64,000 bases of DNA from an uncultured Gemmatimonadales bacterium (GTDB taxonomy: Bacteria > Gemmatimonadota > Gemmatimonadetes > Gemmatimonadales > GWC2-71-9). Position numbers and translations under genes: made by a program. How positions within the stretch are numbered: the first letter of the stretch is position 1; every line of letters starts with the position of its first letter. The DNA is taken from assembly GCA_963771275.1 (NCBI GenBank), contig CAVYSW010000009.1, forward strand, positions 32,001 to 96,000, given 5' to 3'. The notes beneath the pieces are model-generated. The model saw only the letters and a list, made by a program, of their open reading frames with translations. It did no database searches and was not told the origin of the DNA. Shown piece by piece: positions 9,270-18,804 of the stretch.

Positions 9270-11686
9270 CCACACCGCCGCCGCGCGCCGACCGGGCCGC
9301 CGAGCGCCTCGAGATCGTGGGCGAGCTGGCCTCGCTGATCAACACGACGTTCGACCTCCACGAGATCTTCCGGTCGGCAATCGTCAAGCTCCGGCGCGTC
9401 CTCCCGTTCCGGCGCGCGAGCGTCACCCTCCTCTCGGACGACGGCGACCACTACCAGCTCCACACGCTGTATGACGGCGCGCGGGGCGGTTTCCAGGACG
9501 CCGAGCAGCGCTTCCCGCTCGACTACGGCCTGCCGGGGCAGGTGATCCGCTCGGGCGAGGCGATGCGCGTGGACGCGTTCGGCGGGACCGAGGGGATTCG
9601 CCAACCGGGCGAGGGCACGATCTCGGCGCTCATCCTGCCGTTGCGGGTCGACGGAGCGGTGATCGGCTCGCTCAATCTGGGGGCGGAGGAGTCGCTGCGG
9701 TACGGGGACGAAGATCTGGAGCTGGCGCGGCTGTTGGGCCGACAGATCGAGACGTCGCTGCATTACTCGAAGCTGCTGTCCACCATCGAGCGGCAGCGCG
9801 TGGATCTCTCGGCCGAGCATGCACGGGTGCAATTACAGCAGGTCCGGCTCGAGGCGCTGGTCGAGGCCGGGGGCTCCGCGATCATGATGGTCGATGGCGG
9901 GAGGGTGGTGCACGCCAATCGCGCGATGGCCGGGCTGCTGGGCCTGCCCCTCGAGGTCGTCCGCAGCGCCCCGCTCGATCACGTGCACCGGGCGCTGGCA
10001 CGTTCGCTCCGGGACCGGGCAGCCCTCGACGCCCAGGTAGCGGCGATCCAGCCCGGCGGCGAGCCGCTGCGGGATCAAGTCGATCTAGTGTTCCCGCGCC
10101 CGCGCACATTCCGCCGCACCGTCGATCCGGTCGTGAGCCGGTACGGTGAGCCGATGGGGCACCTCGTGGTGTACCGGGACGTCACCCGCGCGGCCGCCGC
10201 CGAGGCCGCGAAGGACGAGTTCGTCTCGATGGTGAGCCACGAGCTGCGGACCCCGCTGACGTCGATCAAGACCTCGCTCAGCCTGCTCACTCGCGGGGCG
10301 GCCGGCCACGTGACAGAGGCGATGGCGGAGTTCATCGCCATCGCGCTCCGCAACCTCGAGCGACTGATCACGCTCGTGGACGATCTGCTCGACCTCTCGC
10401 GGATCGAGAGCGGGCGCCTCGTGACGCACGTGGTGCCGACCTGCGTCGGCGACGTGGCCGCCCACGCCATCGAGATGGTGCGCGCGTTCGCCGACGACCA
10501 GGGCGTCATCCTGGAGTGCGACGTGCACGCGCCGTGCCGGCCCGTCCTGGTCGACCCGGCGCGTCTGGAACAGGTCTTCGTCAATCTGCTGTCGAATGCC
10601 ATCAAGTTCTCGCCGCAGCGAGGGCGGGTGGCTCTGCGGTGGACGGAGGAAGCAGGTGCCCTCGTCACGGAGATCTCCGACGAGGGTCCGGGCATTCCCA
10701 AGGAGCAGCTGGGGGTCGTGTTCGACAAGTTCCGGCAACTCGAGCCGGCCGCGACCCGCGGGCACGGTGGCGTCGGACTTGGGCTCTACATCAGCCGTGC
10801 CATCCTCGCGCAACTCGGTGGCGACCTGTGGGCGGAGAGCGAGGGAGGGCGCGGAACACGATTCTATGTGAAGCTGCCGCTTGCGACCGAAGCGCCGTCG
10901 ACGGCCGCGCCCTCGCAGGACGTCCAGCCGGCGGCAGCGGCCGTGCGGCGCGCGCTCCTGGCGGTCCCGGATCCCGACTTCGCCCTGCTGGTCCGGACAC
11001 AGCTGGAACAGGATGGCATCAGCGTCGAGCTGACCTCCAGCGGCTGGGCTGCCCTCGGCGTGGTCGCGCGGGAACCGCCCGACGTGGTCGTCGCCCACGC
11101 CGAGTTGGAGGACATGCACGGGCTCGAGTTCATGCAGCGCCTCCGGTCCCGACCGGAGGCGGCGAACCTGCCGGCCATCCTGGTGGGCGGCGACCCGATG
11201 CCGGCGCAGGCCATTGCATACGGCGCCGACGCCTGGCTCGCCGCCGATCCCGCCAGCGTCGCGGCCGAGATTCGCCGATTGGGCACGACCCCCCGACGGC
11301 CCGTGATCCTGTTCGTCGAAGACGACCCCGCCGTCCGCGGCGCGCTCGCCCGACTGATCCGGCGGCAGGGGTACGCGGTGGTCGAGGCCACCCACGCGAC
11401 GTTGGGGCTGGAGCTGGCCCGGCGCCGGGTGCCGGACGCGGTCGTGGTCGATCACCACCTCCCGGGGATGTCCGGTCTCGACCTCTTGCGCGCGATGCGG
11501 GACGACCCCGCGTTGGCTGCGGTGCCGGGACTCGTGCTGAGCGGGCACGCCACGCCACAAATCGTGCGTGACGCAGCGGCGCTCGGCGCCGAGTTCCTCC
11601 CCAAGCCCATGGACTGGACGGTGATCGCGCAGGCCGTCGCGCGCCTCATTACGGACCCGAGCGCGCGCCCTCCGTTCGCCCGCTGA
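9266..11686 (+). CDS. Cytoplasmic hybrid histidine kinase (GAF-PAS-HisKA-HATPase-REC-REC)
   Basis: VSHELRTPL H-box; NLLSNAIKF, DEGPGI and GVGLGL boxes; two C-terminal receiver-like domains; no transmembrane segment seen. Confidence 0.93.
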   Translation: MTTPPPRADRAAERLEIVGELASLINTTFDLHEIFRSAIVKLRRVLPFRRASVTLLSDDGDHYQLHTLYDGARGGFQDAEQRFPLDYGLPGQVIRSGEAMRVDAFGGTEGIRQPGEGTISALILPLRVDGAVIGSLNLGAEESLRYGDEDLELARLLGRQIETSLHYSKLLSTIERQRVDLSAEHARVQLQQVRLEALVEAGGSAIMMVDGGRVVHANRAMAGLLGLPLEVVRSAPLDHVHRALARSLRDRAALDAQVAAIQPGGEPLRDQVDLVFPRPRTFRRTVDPVVSRYGEPMGHLVVYRDVTRAAAAEAAKDEFVSMVSHELRTPLTSIKTSLSLLTRGAAGHVTEAMAEFIAIALRNLERLITLVDDLLDLSRIESGRLVTHVVPTCVGDVAAHAIEMVRAFADDQGVILECDVHAPCRPVLVDPARLEQVFVNLLSNAIKFSPQRGRVALRWTEEAGALVTEISDEGPGIPKEQLGVVFDKFRQLEPAATRGHGGVGLGLYISRAILAQLGGDLWAESEGGRGTRFYVKLPLATEAPSTAAPSQDVQPAAAAVRRALLAVPDPDFALLVRTQLEQDGISVELTSSGWAALGVVAREPPDVVVAHAELEDMHGLEFMQRLRSRPEAANLPAILVGGDPMPAQAIAYGADAWLAADPASVAAEIRRLGTTPRRPVILFVEDDPAVRGALARLIRRQGYAVVEATHATLGLELARRRVPDAVVVDHHLPGMSGLDLLRAMRDDPALAAVPGLVLSGHATPQIVRDAAALGAEFLPKPMDWTVIAQAVARLITDPSARPPFAR

Positions 11687-11698
11687 GCCGCCCGCTCC

Positions 11699-13654
11699 CT
11701 ACGGCAGCTTGACCGGCGTCGCCAGCAGGTAGGTCTCGATCGTTCGCACCTTGCCCGCCGGCCAGGTGCTGTGCTTGGCGCTCCACGCGTACGCCGTCGT
11801 GTCGAGCCCGATGCCCTCGTGGTACAGCACGGCGCGATCGGGGTCGTACAGGTTCCACAGCCCGTGCGTGTCGTAGTTGGCCGACACGATGGCGCTGCGC
11901 CGCCGGCCGGTGGGCATGTGCAGCACCACGACGCTGGTGAACGCGGCGTCCTCCTGGAAGCTCAGGTCCGGCCGGACCACGTAGTCGCCCGACTCGGCCA
12001 GCGCGTAGCCCGACAGGATCGACTCGCGGAACAGCAGTTGATGCTCCAGCAGGCCCTCGACCTTGGCGATCTGCGCCTTGAGCCGGGCCTGCTGGAACGA
12101 CACCACCAGCTCGAGCACGGACTTGAAGAACGCCACCGTCGCCATCTGACGCGACCAGGCGGCGTTCATCCGTCCCTTCATGTCCGAGAGCGAAGCTCCC
12201 ATCCCGTCCCCCAATGACGACCGGGAGGCCGCCTCGCTGCGATACTGGTTGGAGAGATTCTGATAGCGGTTCGACTCCTGGGTGGCCCAGGTGCTCGATC
12301 CGTACCCGCCGGTCCCGCCGCCGCCCCGGAGCCCGGTGGACAGGTCGGCGATCTCCGTCTGGAGCCGCGGGATGGCGGCGTCGAGCCCCACGAGGCTCGC
12401 CTTCTGGGAAAGCGGGGTCACGCCCACGCGATTGCGCACCGCCCCCGTCGCGGTGTCCAGCGCCACGATCAGGTACTCGCCGATGAAGACGACGCGATCG
12501 GGGTAGGCCCGGAGCCGCACCGGATAGAGCCGCGCGTTGGGCGCCACGGCCACGTCGAGCAGCGGCTCACCGGTCACGGCGTTGAACGCGAGCACGTGAT
12601 CGGACGTGGCAGCGAACAGGCGGCGGCCTACCCGCACCAGGTTGCTCACCGTGGGCAGCACGGTGCGGCGGTGCCAGCGGGCGGTCCCCGCCGCGCGGTC
12701 CAGCGCGCTCAGCACGAACGCACCGGTTCCCGGCAGCCGCTGGCGGCCCGCGGCGTCGGCGATCCCGCGGAGATACACAGTCTCGCTATCAGGGTAGATG
12801 TTGGTGATCGCGGTGTAGCCGTCGGCGGCGTAGGTCCAGCGGGTGGCCCCGGTTTCCAGGTCGAGGGCCAAGACGGCCGCGCCCCGCCCCACGTAGAGCG
12901 TGGTCTCGTCCGTCTGGGGCGGCGGGTCGTCGGGCGCGAGCGTGAGGTCGGGCCGGGCCCACACGACCGCGCCGTCTTCCAGCCGCACCCGTGCCACGCC
13001 CTCGTAGAACAGCAGCGCGCCGTCGCTCCAGGTGAGGACCGAGTGGGTGGTGTCGTCGGGCGCCACCTTGAAGGCCGCGCTCCAGGCGTCACGCCCGTCC
13101 GACAGGCCGAGGGCCATGACGTCGACCTTGTCCTTGCGGCGCCGCTCGAGCAGCAGCCGGTCGGCCGCCGGAGCGGGACGCGCCTCGACGTCCTCGCCCT
13201 TGAACGACCGCTTCCAGCGCTCCTTGCCGGTCTCGCTTTCCACCACGCTCAGCGCGTACTTCTTCTCCCCGACGGTCGAGATCACGATCCCGTCGTCCAG
13301 CACGAGCAGCGGCTGGGACGTGCCCTCGGCATCGCGCCGCACGCGCCACAGCACCGCGCCGTCCTCCAGCCGGACCAGCAGGAATTCCGTGTTGGGGACC
13401 TGGGCGTCGTCCTTGCGCAGGCCCACCAGCAGGCGTCCCCTGCCGGCCGGCCGCATCAGGTCGACGCGCGCGGCGCCGAGCGGCAGCTTCCACAGCGGCG
13501 CCACTTGCCGAGCCGCCTGGCGCGCGATCACCGGGTACGGCGCATCCGGCTTCACCTGATCCTGCGCCGTGGCCGGAGCCGGAGCGCCCGCGATGGTCCA
13601 CGCGGACGCGATCACGCCGGCCGCCCGCAGCACGCTCCCCAGCGGCGATCGCAT
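11699..13654 (-). CDS. Secreted PQQ-like beta-propeller repeat protein
   Basis: Signal peptide; repeated xxD/ExxT/DGxxxW motifs (EDGAVLW, ETGKERW, SDGRDAW, ETGATRW). Confidence 0.8.
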   Translation of the reverse strand: MRSPLGSVLRAAGVIASAWTIAGAPAPATAQDQVKPDAPYPVIARQAARQVAPLWKLPLGAARVDLMRPAGRGRLLVGLRKDDAQVPNTEFLLVRLEDGAVLWRVRRDAEGTSQPLLVLDDGIVISTVGEKKYALSVVESETGKERWKRSFKGEDVEARPAPAADRLLLERRRKDKVDVMALGLSDGRDAWSAAFKVAPDDTTHSVLTWSDGALLFYEGVARVRLEDGAVVWARPDLTLAPDDPPPQTDETTLYVGRGAAVLALDLETGATRWTYAADGYTAITNIYPDSETVYLRGIADAAGRQRLPGTGAFVLSALDRAAGTARWHRRTVLPTVSNLVRVGRRLFAATSDHVLAFNAVTGEPLLDVAVAPNARLYPVRLRAYPDRVVFIGEYLIVALDTATGAVRNRVGVTPLSQKASLVGLDAAIPRLQTEIADLSTGLRGGGGTGGYGSSTWATQESNRYQNLSNQYRSEAASRSSLGDGMGASLSDMKGRMNAAWSRQMATVAFFKSVLELVVSFQQARLKAQIAKVEGLLEHQLLFRESILSGYALAESGDYVVRPDLSFQEDAAFTSVVVLHMPTGRRRSAIVSANYDTHGLWNLYDPDRAVLYHEGIGLDTTAYAWSAKHSTWPAGKVRTIETYLLATPVKLP

Positions 13655-13663
13655 CGGGCCGCC

Positions 13664-14719
13664 CTACCGCAGCGACTTCACGATGGCGAGCACCCGCTCG
13701 AGCCCCGTATCCCAGGCCGACTGCGTCGCAATCCACATGAACCCGATGCCGCGCCGGTCGTCCTTCACCGCCGCGACCAGCCCCGCATGGGGCAGGCTCT
13801 GCCCCGCCGCCACGATGGTCCCCTCGTACTCGGCCACCAGCGCCGTCCCGCCCGCGTCGAGCGGAACCTCGTAGGGCGGCTTCGTCTGGTTGAACGACGG
13901 CACCTCGCTCTGGAGCCCCTGCACCAGGCCCCGGAGGACCTCATCCCGGTTCTTGCCGAACTTGTTCTTCTCGAGCCCGAGCACGTGCAGCGTGGGATAC
14001 GAGGCGTGCGAGATCTGCGCGATCGCGGCGCCCTCGCCGGCTTTCGCCGTCCACCCGGCGGGGATGCTCAGGGTGGCCAGCGGGTGCGCGAACGTGCTCG
14101 CGGGCGTCTCGGGCGCCGGCGCCGCCGCCGGGATCGCGATCTCCTGCCCGGCCGCGGGAGCCGGCGGCTTGACCGTCGCGGCAACCGGCTCGGTGGCGCC
14201 GGTCAGCGGCGCACCGGGGAGGCGAATCGAGTAGAAGGCCTGCACCGTCGGCTCGCCGTACGGCTTCAGGGTCTTCTCGTTGAGCAGGGCCATGTAGGCG
14301 AGGCCCGTCTCGGTCCCCTCGAGCATGACCACGCCCAGCCGGCTGGTGAGCTTCACCGTCTTGCCACCGCTCTCCACGTCGAAGGCGTACTGCGCCAGGC
14401 GGGCGGGGTTGCCGTTCACGTCCATGTCGAACACGGTCCCCTCGGGCGGCACCGGGACGGTCTGGCTGGTGAACGCTTCGAGCGCGCTGGCCCACACGGC
14501 GTCGCGATCGCTCACCTCGGTCGCGACGTACAGCATGATCCTGGTACCGCTCCGCTCGAACACGTAGACGCGGTCGAGCTGCTCGCTTTGCAGCTTGAAC
14601 CCGGCCGGGAGATCGATGGCGAAGCGACCCAGCGGATCCTGATGCGTGTTCTGCGCGGCGAGCGGCCGCGCGCCAAGCGCCATGAGCCCCACGAGTCCCG
14701 CGACGATGTGTGTGCGCAC
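13664..14719 (-). CDS. Secreted hypothetical protein with two similar domains joined by a Pro/Ala linker
   Basis: GGGAGGT RBS before GTG 14719; signal peptide; FAIDLPAGF and LSIPAGW repeats (PsbP/DcrB-like start motifs). Confidence 0.7.
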   Translation of the reverse strand: MRTHIVAGLVGLMALGARPLAAQNTHQDPLGRFAIDLPAGFKLQSEQLDRVYVFERSGTRIMLYVATEVSDRDAVWASALEAFTSQTVPVPPEGTVFDMDVNGNPARLAQYAFDVESGGKTVKLTSRLGVVMLEGTETGLAYMALLNEKTLKPYGEPTVQAFYSIRLPGAPLTGATEPVAATVKPPAPAAGQEIAIPAAAPAPETPASTFAHPLATLSIPAGWTAKAGEGAAIAQISHASYPTLHVLGLEKNKFGKNRDEVLRGLVQGLQSEVPSFNQTKPPYEVPLDAGGTALVAEYEGTIVAAGQSLPHAGLVAAVKDDRRGIGFMWIATQSAWDTGLERVLAIVKSLR

Positions 14720-15075
14720 GCCCCACCTCCCGTGTCGAGTCACGAACACCGACTGGCGTTGGATGCGGACATCGACCTGAGCCGGAGAGACGCTAACGCT
14801 TCCTCCGGGAACGGGCCGTGAATCCCGTGTGAAACCAATCTGTATCGAAACGCTGCACCCGCACCGGTCCGGGCCACCAGCCTGCAAGGCAGCTCATCCG
14901 CCGCAGCTGCGCCCAAGTGATTGTGGGACAATGAGTTAGCCAACTCGCCGACAGCGCTGGTGCGAGGCGCGGCAGTTGCGTCGGTGGCATGGCAGGACGG
15001 GCGGGCCGGAACCGCTCGTACATTAGCAGAAGCCAACTCACCGGACAGCACCACGGAATCCAAGGAGATATCGCA

Positions 15076-15474
15076 ATGCGCGCGCACCAATTGTCGTGGG
15101 CCCTGCTGGCCGGCGGTCTGGCCCTGGCGGGCTGCTCGGGGGGCAACGTCCTCGGGCCGGACAATCAGCTCGAAGTGACCAATGCGACCGACAACTTCCA
15201 GCTCCAGGCCACCGCGCTGGACAACGTGTCGCAGACGCTCACCTACCTGTGGGAGAACACCGGGACGAGCGCCAACGTGAATCAGTCGGGCACCGTCACC
15301 GCGGGCTCGGCGACGCTCACGATCTTCGATCAGGCGGGTGCCCAGGTCTACGTCGCGAGCCTGGCGAGCTCGGGCACGTTCCAGTCCGGTGCCGGTCTCA
15401 CCGGGGGGTGGACCGTCCGGGTCGAGCTGCACGGCATGAGCGGGGCGTTGAACTTCCGGGTGCAGAGGCCGTAG
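15076..15474 (+). CDS. Hypothetical lipoprotein
   Basis: AAGGAG RBS; lipobox LAGC; beta-rich mature part. Confidence 0.8.
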   Translation: MRAHQLSWALLAGGLALAGCSGGNVLGPDNQLEVTNATDNFQLQATALDNVSQTLTYLWENTGTSANVNQSGTVTAGSATLTIFDQAGAQVYVASLASSGTFQSGAGLTGGWTVRVELHGMSGALNFRVQRP

Positions 15475-16180
15475 GGCGACGCGCGTACACGCAGGCGCTG
15501 GCGCCGGCGGGGAGATACTCGATCCGCTCGAGTCGCTCACCGAGCAGCTCCCGCACGAACGCTTCCTCGATGCGGCACGGGAGCGGCGTCACGCCCACCA
15601 CCGCGCTGATCGGGCAGTGCGCCAGCCGGAGCGTCGGGCGCCCGCCGGCGCCCGCCACCACGTCGGCCATGAACCCTTCTTCCGACAGGATGCGCGCGAC
15701 TTCCGCCAGCCGGGCGGAGCCGGTGAGCCCCGCGACGCGCGCCCGCGCGGCCGCGCGCCGGGCCGCCACCCGCGCGGCAAAGAACTCGGCCAACAGGTCC
15801 GACTCATCCCGCTCCAGCAGAAACCGCGCGAGGTCGCGCAGCACGTCTCCCTCCCCCCGGGGGAACAGCGTGTCCGCCGCGCGCGCCAGACCGTAGACCA
15901 CCTCGGGCCGCCCCGGGCCGATGCGCCGCGTGCCGTGCCGCACGACGAGCCCGCGCCCGATCAGCGACTGCAGATGCTCGCGCAGCGTGGCGGGCGCGTA
16001 GTCGAGCTCGGCACCGAGCTCGGCGCGGGTCGCTCGGCCGCGACGCTTGAGCGCCAGCAACAGCCGCCGCTGCGTGGCGCCGAGTCCAGGCCCCGGCAGA
16101 TCGGTCGTCGCGCTGCGCAGCGCGCCCCTCCGTCGGTGAGCCTGACGTCCCGCGGACCCGCGGCGCGCCGCCCGCCCCAT
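15398..16180 (-). CDS. ArsR-like/SufR-type HTH transcriptional regulator with C-terminal Cys residues
   Basis: LLLALKRRG...ELGAEL...TLREHLQSL...GRPEVVY; HCP...PC...SACVY. Start uncertain. Confidence 0.75.
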   Translation of the reverse strand: MGRAARRGSAGRQAHRRRGALRSATTDLPGPGLGATQRRLLLALKRRGRATRAELGAELDYAPATLREHLQSLIGRGLVVRHGTRRIGPGRPEVVYGLARAADTLFPRGEGDVLRDLARFLLERDESDLLAEFFAARVAARRAAARARVAGLTGSARLAEVARILSEEGFMADVVAGAGGRPTLRLAHCPISAVVGVTPLPCRIEEAFVRELLGERLERIEYLPAGASACVYARRPTASAPGSSTPRSCRAARPGRSTPR

Positions 16181-16182
16181 GC

Positions 16183-17190
16183 TCAGCGCCCGCCCCGCGC
16201 CACCTGGCCGGGCTCGGTCACACGGATCGTCCCCACCGCGCCTTTCGACGCGTCGGCGAACGCGTGCGTCACGAAGGCGTAGGTCCCCGCCCCGCTCGCG
16301 CCGCGCTCGAACCGGGTCTCGAACACGGCACCGCCGCCGGGCGGCACGGACCATGTCTGCACGCCGCTCATGGCGTGCGCCGGATCGCCATCGGGGTACA
16401 CGTGATCGAACACGGCGCCGACCACGTGGAAGTCGCTGGCGAAGCTCGGGCCCGCGTTGACGACGAAGAACCGCACGCGGTCGCCGACCTGCGCCGTGAG
16501 GGGCGTCACCTGATACTGGAACGCGCGCCCGTTGAACGCCACGTAGCTCGCCTCGCGCCCCAGGGCCGCCTCGTAGAACGGCTGCGCGGTCCCCGCGACG
16601 GCAGCGTGCAGGTAGAACTCGCTCTGGAGCAGCACGTACTCGCGGTCGGCCCGCGTCGGCCAGCCGCCCCTGGGATCGACGATGATGGCCAGGTACATCC
16701 CCTGCAGGAGGTGCAGCAGGACGGGCGGGGTGCCGCAGTGCACGAGGAACACGCCCGGATCGCGCGCCGTGAACGCGAAGTCGAGCGAGTCGTGCGGACC
16801 GATCGTGCGGTACGCCTCGCTCATCGGAATACGGGCCGCGTGGAAGTCGATCGAGTGCCCCATCGGGGCCTCGTTGACCAGTCGCACCCGCACCTGATCG
16901 CCCGCGCGGACCCGCAGCACCGGGCCCGGCACCGTGCCGCCGAAGGTCCAGCCGGGGTAGCGCACGCCCGGGGCGATCTCGATGGTGTCGTGCGTGATCG
17001 GGATGCGGAACTGCTTGACGGGAGCCGGGTCGCGGCGCGGGGCGACCGGATCGTACGCGGGGTCGGTTGGCGTCACGGTGACGCCGAAATCGACGGCCGC
17101 GACCTGCGCCGGCCGCTGCGACACGGCCACCACGGCGAGCGCGGCCAAGGCGGCGGTGGCGAGGATGAGGACGAGGGGGTGGACGCGCAC
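16183..17190 (-). CDS. nirK: Copper-containing nitrite reductase (NirK-like two-domain multicopper protein)
   Basis: HSIDFHAA, VHCGTPPVLLHLLQGM, DFHVVG and FVTHAF supply type-1/type-2 Cu ligands plus the catalytic Asp and His; N-terminal signal/anchor. Confidence 0.8.
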   Translation of the reverse strand: MRVHPLVLILATAALAALAVVAVSQRPAQVAAVDFGVTVTPTDPAYDPVAPRRDPAPVKQFRIPITHDTIEIAPGVRYPGWTFGGTVPGPVLRVRAGDQVRVRLVNEAPMGHSIDFHAARIPMSEAYRTIGPHDSLDFAFTARDPGVFLVHCGTPPVLLHLLQGMYLAIIVDPRGGWPTRADREYVLLQSEFYLHAAVAGTAQPFYEAALGREASYVAFNGRAFQYQVTPLTAQVGDRVRFFVVNAGPSFASDFHVVGAVFDHVYPDGDPAHAMSGVQTWSVPPGGGAVFETRFERGASGAGTYAFVTHAFADASKGAVGTIRVTEPGQVARGGR

Positions 17191-17215
17191 AGCGAGGCTC
17201 CGGCGTCGAGGATAA

Positions 17216-17239
17216 TTAAAATGGCTTTTCCCATTTTAA
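17216..17239. promoter_or_regulatory. AT-rich palindromic operator upstream of nirK
   Basis: Perfect inverted repeat TTAAAATGG-cttttc-CCATTTTAA. Confidence 0.65.
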
Positions 17240-17364
17240 CTCATGGCCGCGCCGCCGCAAGAGGCCGCGCCCATGCCGGCCCGGATGCCGCGCCGTCGGC
17301 CGTCCACCTGCCAGCACCCTGACGCCGGGAGTAGCTTGCCGCCAGCCTCCGTGGAGACACTCCC

Positions 17365-17880
17365 ATGTCCATCGCCACGTCCCTGATCCCCGAGTTCGAC
17401 CTCGAAATGGCGAATCTCCGGCGCGCCCTCGAGCGAGTGCCGGAGGCGTCGTTCGCCTGGAAGCCGCACGACAAGTCCATGACGCTGGGGCGGCTCGCCA
17501 CCCACCTGTCGGAGATCCCGTTGTGGGTGGTGAACACCTGCACCAGGACCGAGCTGGATGTCATGCCGCCGGGCGCGCCGCGGTTCGTGCCCCAGACGCT
17601 CGCCACCACCGGCGCGATCCTGGCGCAGCTCGATCAGAACGTCGCGCAGGCCCGCGCGGCGATCAGCGCGACGTCGGACGCGGAGTTCATGGTGCCGTGG
17701 ACGCTCAAGGCGGCTGGCAAGGAGATCTTCACGCTGCCCCGGGTGGCGGTGTACCGCTCGCTGGTGATGAGCCACATGATCCATCACCGCGGCCAGCTCA
17801 GCGTGTTTCTGCGGCTCGTGGGCGCGCAGGTGCCGGCGATGTACGGGCCGAGCGCGGACGAGGTGGGTGGGGCCGCCTAG
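17365..17880 (+). CDS. DinB/YfiT family protein
   Basis: WKPHDKSMTLGRLATHL...HMIHHRGQLSVFLR...YGPSADE. Confidence 0.9.
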   Translation: MSIATSLIPEFDLEMANLRRALERVPEASFAWKPHDKSMTLGRLATHLSEIPLWVVNTCTRTELDVMPPGAPRFVPQTLATTGAILAQLDQNVAQARAAISATSDAEFMVPWTLKAAGKEIFTLPRVAVYRSLVMSHMIHHRGQLSVFLRLVGAQVPAMYGPSADEVGGAA

Positions 17881-17943
17881 GGCGAGAGCGGGAGTGGGGG
17901 AGCGGACCTCCTCCCTACAGCTCTGCTCTCTGCCCCTGCTACA

Positions 17944-18132
17944 TCACGGGTAGGGGTTCAGGCACTCCCACACCATGTCCTCGAAGCTGCCCGGCGGAAG
18001 ATCCGCCTGGTCCACGAGGAACTCGTCGAGCATCTCGGTCGGGATCTGGAGCGCCTCGCCGTCCCGGCCGGTGAGCCGGCGCAGCTGATCTTGCTGTTCC
18101 GTGGTCAAGCGCAGTGTGATGCAATCCGACAC
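17944..18132 (-). CDS. Small acidic hypothetical protein, 62 aa
   Basis: GAGG before GTG; coherent sequence MSDCITLRLTTEQQDQLRRLTG...WECLNPYP fills the intergenic gap. Confidence 0.55.
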   Translation of the reverse strand: MSDCITLRLTTEQQDQLRRLTGRDGEALQIPTEMLDEFLVDQADLPPGSFEDMVWECLNPYP

Positions 18133-18223
18133 CGTGGCCTCGCTCGCAGGGTTGCGAGCGGGAACCTGCGGCGGGGCACGTGAAATTCGGGTGAAGCGGT
18201 GGTGAAAGAAGGAGGAAGCCGTG

Positions 18224-18508
18224 TTACGGCTTGAGCGGCGGCCGTTCTTCCGCCTGGCCGCGCGTCAGCACGCGCTCGGTGAACTCCATCCGCTCCTGCA
18301 GATCGGCCACGTCGCCCCGGAGCAGGTACATCTGCTCCCTGAGCTCGGCGAGTCCCTCGCCCAGCTCCCGCGGCGCGTCACCGCCGCCTTGGGCCTGCAG
18401 CCGCTTGATGCGGTAGCTGAGCAGCATCCGCAGTCCCACGAGGCCGACCCCGCTCGTCGCCAGGAGCGCGATCAAGGCGAACACGGCATCGGGATCCACG
18501 GGGCCCAT
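18224..18508 (-). CDS. Small single-TM coiled-coil protein (paralogue 3)
   Basis: TM helix followed by ...LQERMEFTERVLTRG. Confidence 0.8.
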   Translation of the reverse strand: MGPVDPDAVFALIALLATSGVGLVGLRMLLSYRIKRLQAQGGGDAPRELGEGLAELREQMYLLRGDVADLQERMEFTERVLTRGQAEERPPLKP

Positions 18509-18513
18509 CCTCC

Positions 18514-18789
18514 TCAGTTGCCTTCCGCCAGCTTGGCGCCGTCGCGGCCGCGCGCCAGAACCCGCTCGGTGAAGTCCACCCGCTCCTGCAGCTCGGTGAG
18601 ATCGCCGCGCAACAAGTGGACCTGGTCCCGCAGCTCGGCGAGGCCGTCCTCCAACTCGGGGCTGGGCACCCCACCGCCCTGGGCCTGAAACCGCTTGATG
18701 CGGTAGTTGAGGAACATGCGCAGGCCGACGAGCGCGAACGTCCCGAACCCGAGGAGCGCAATGAGGGGGGCGAGCACTTCCGCATTCAT
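18514..18789 (-). CDS. Small single-TM coiled-coil protein (paralogue 2)
   Basis: TM helix followed by ...LQERVDFTERVLARGR. Confidence 0.8.
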   Translation of the reverse strand: MNAEVLAPLIALLGFGTFALVGLRMFLNYRIKRFQAQGGGVPSPELEDGLAELRDQVHLLRGDLTELQERVDFTERVLARGRDGAKLAEGN

Positions 18790-18804
18790 GCGTCGTTCTC
18801 CCGC

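Noticed and set aside
15007..15021. Possible sigma54 site CGGAACCGCTCGTAC before the lipoprotein, with an IHF-like tract at ~14915-14940
   Set aside because: Has AC instead of the near-invariant GC; too weak to call.
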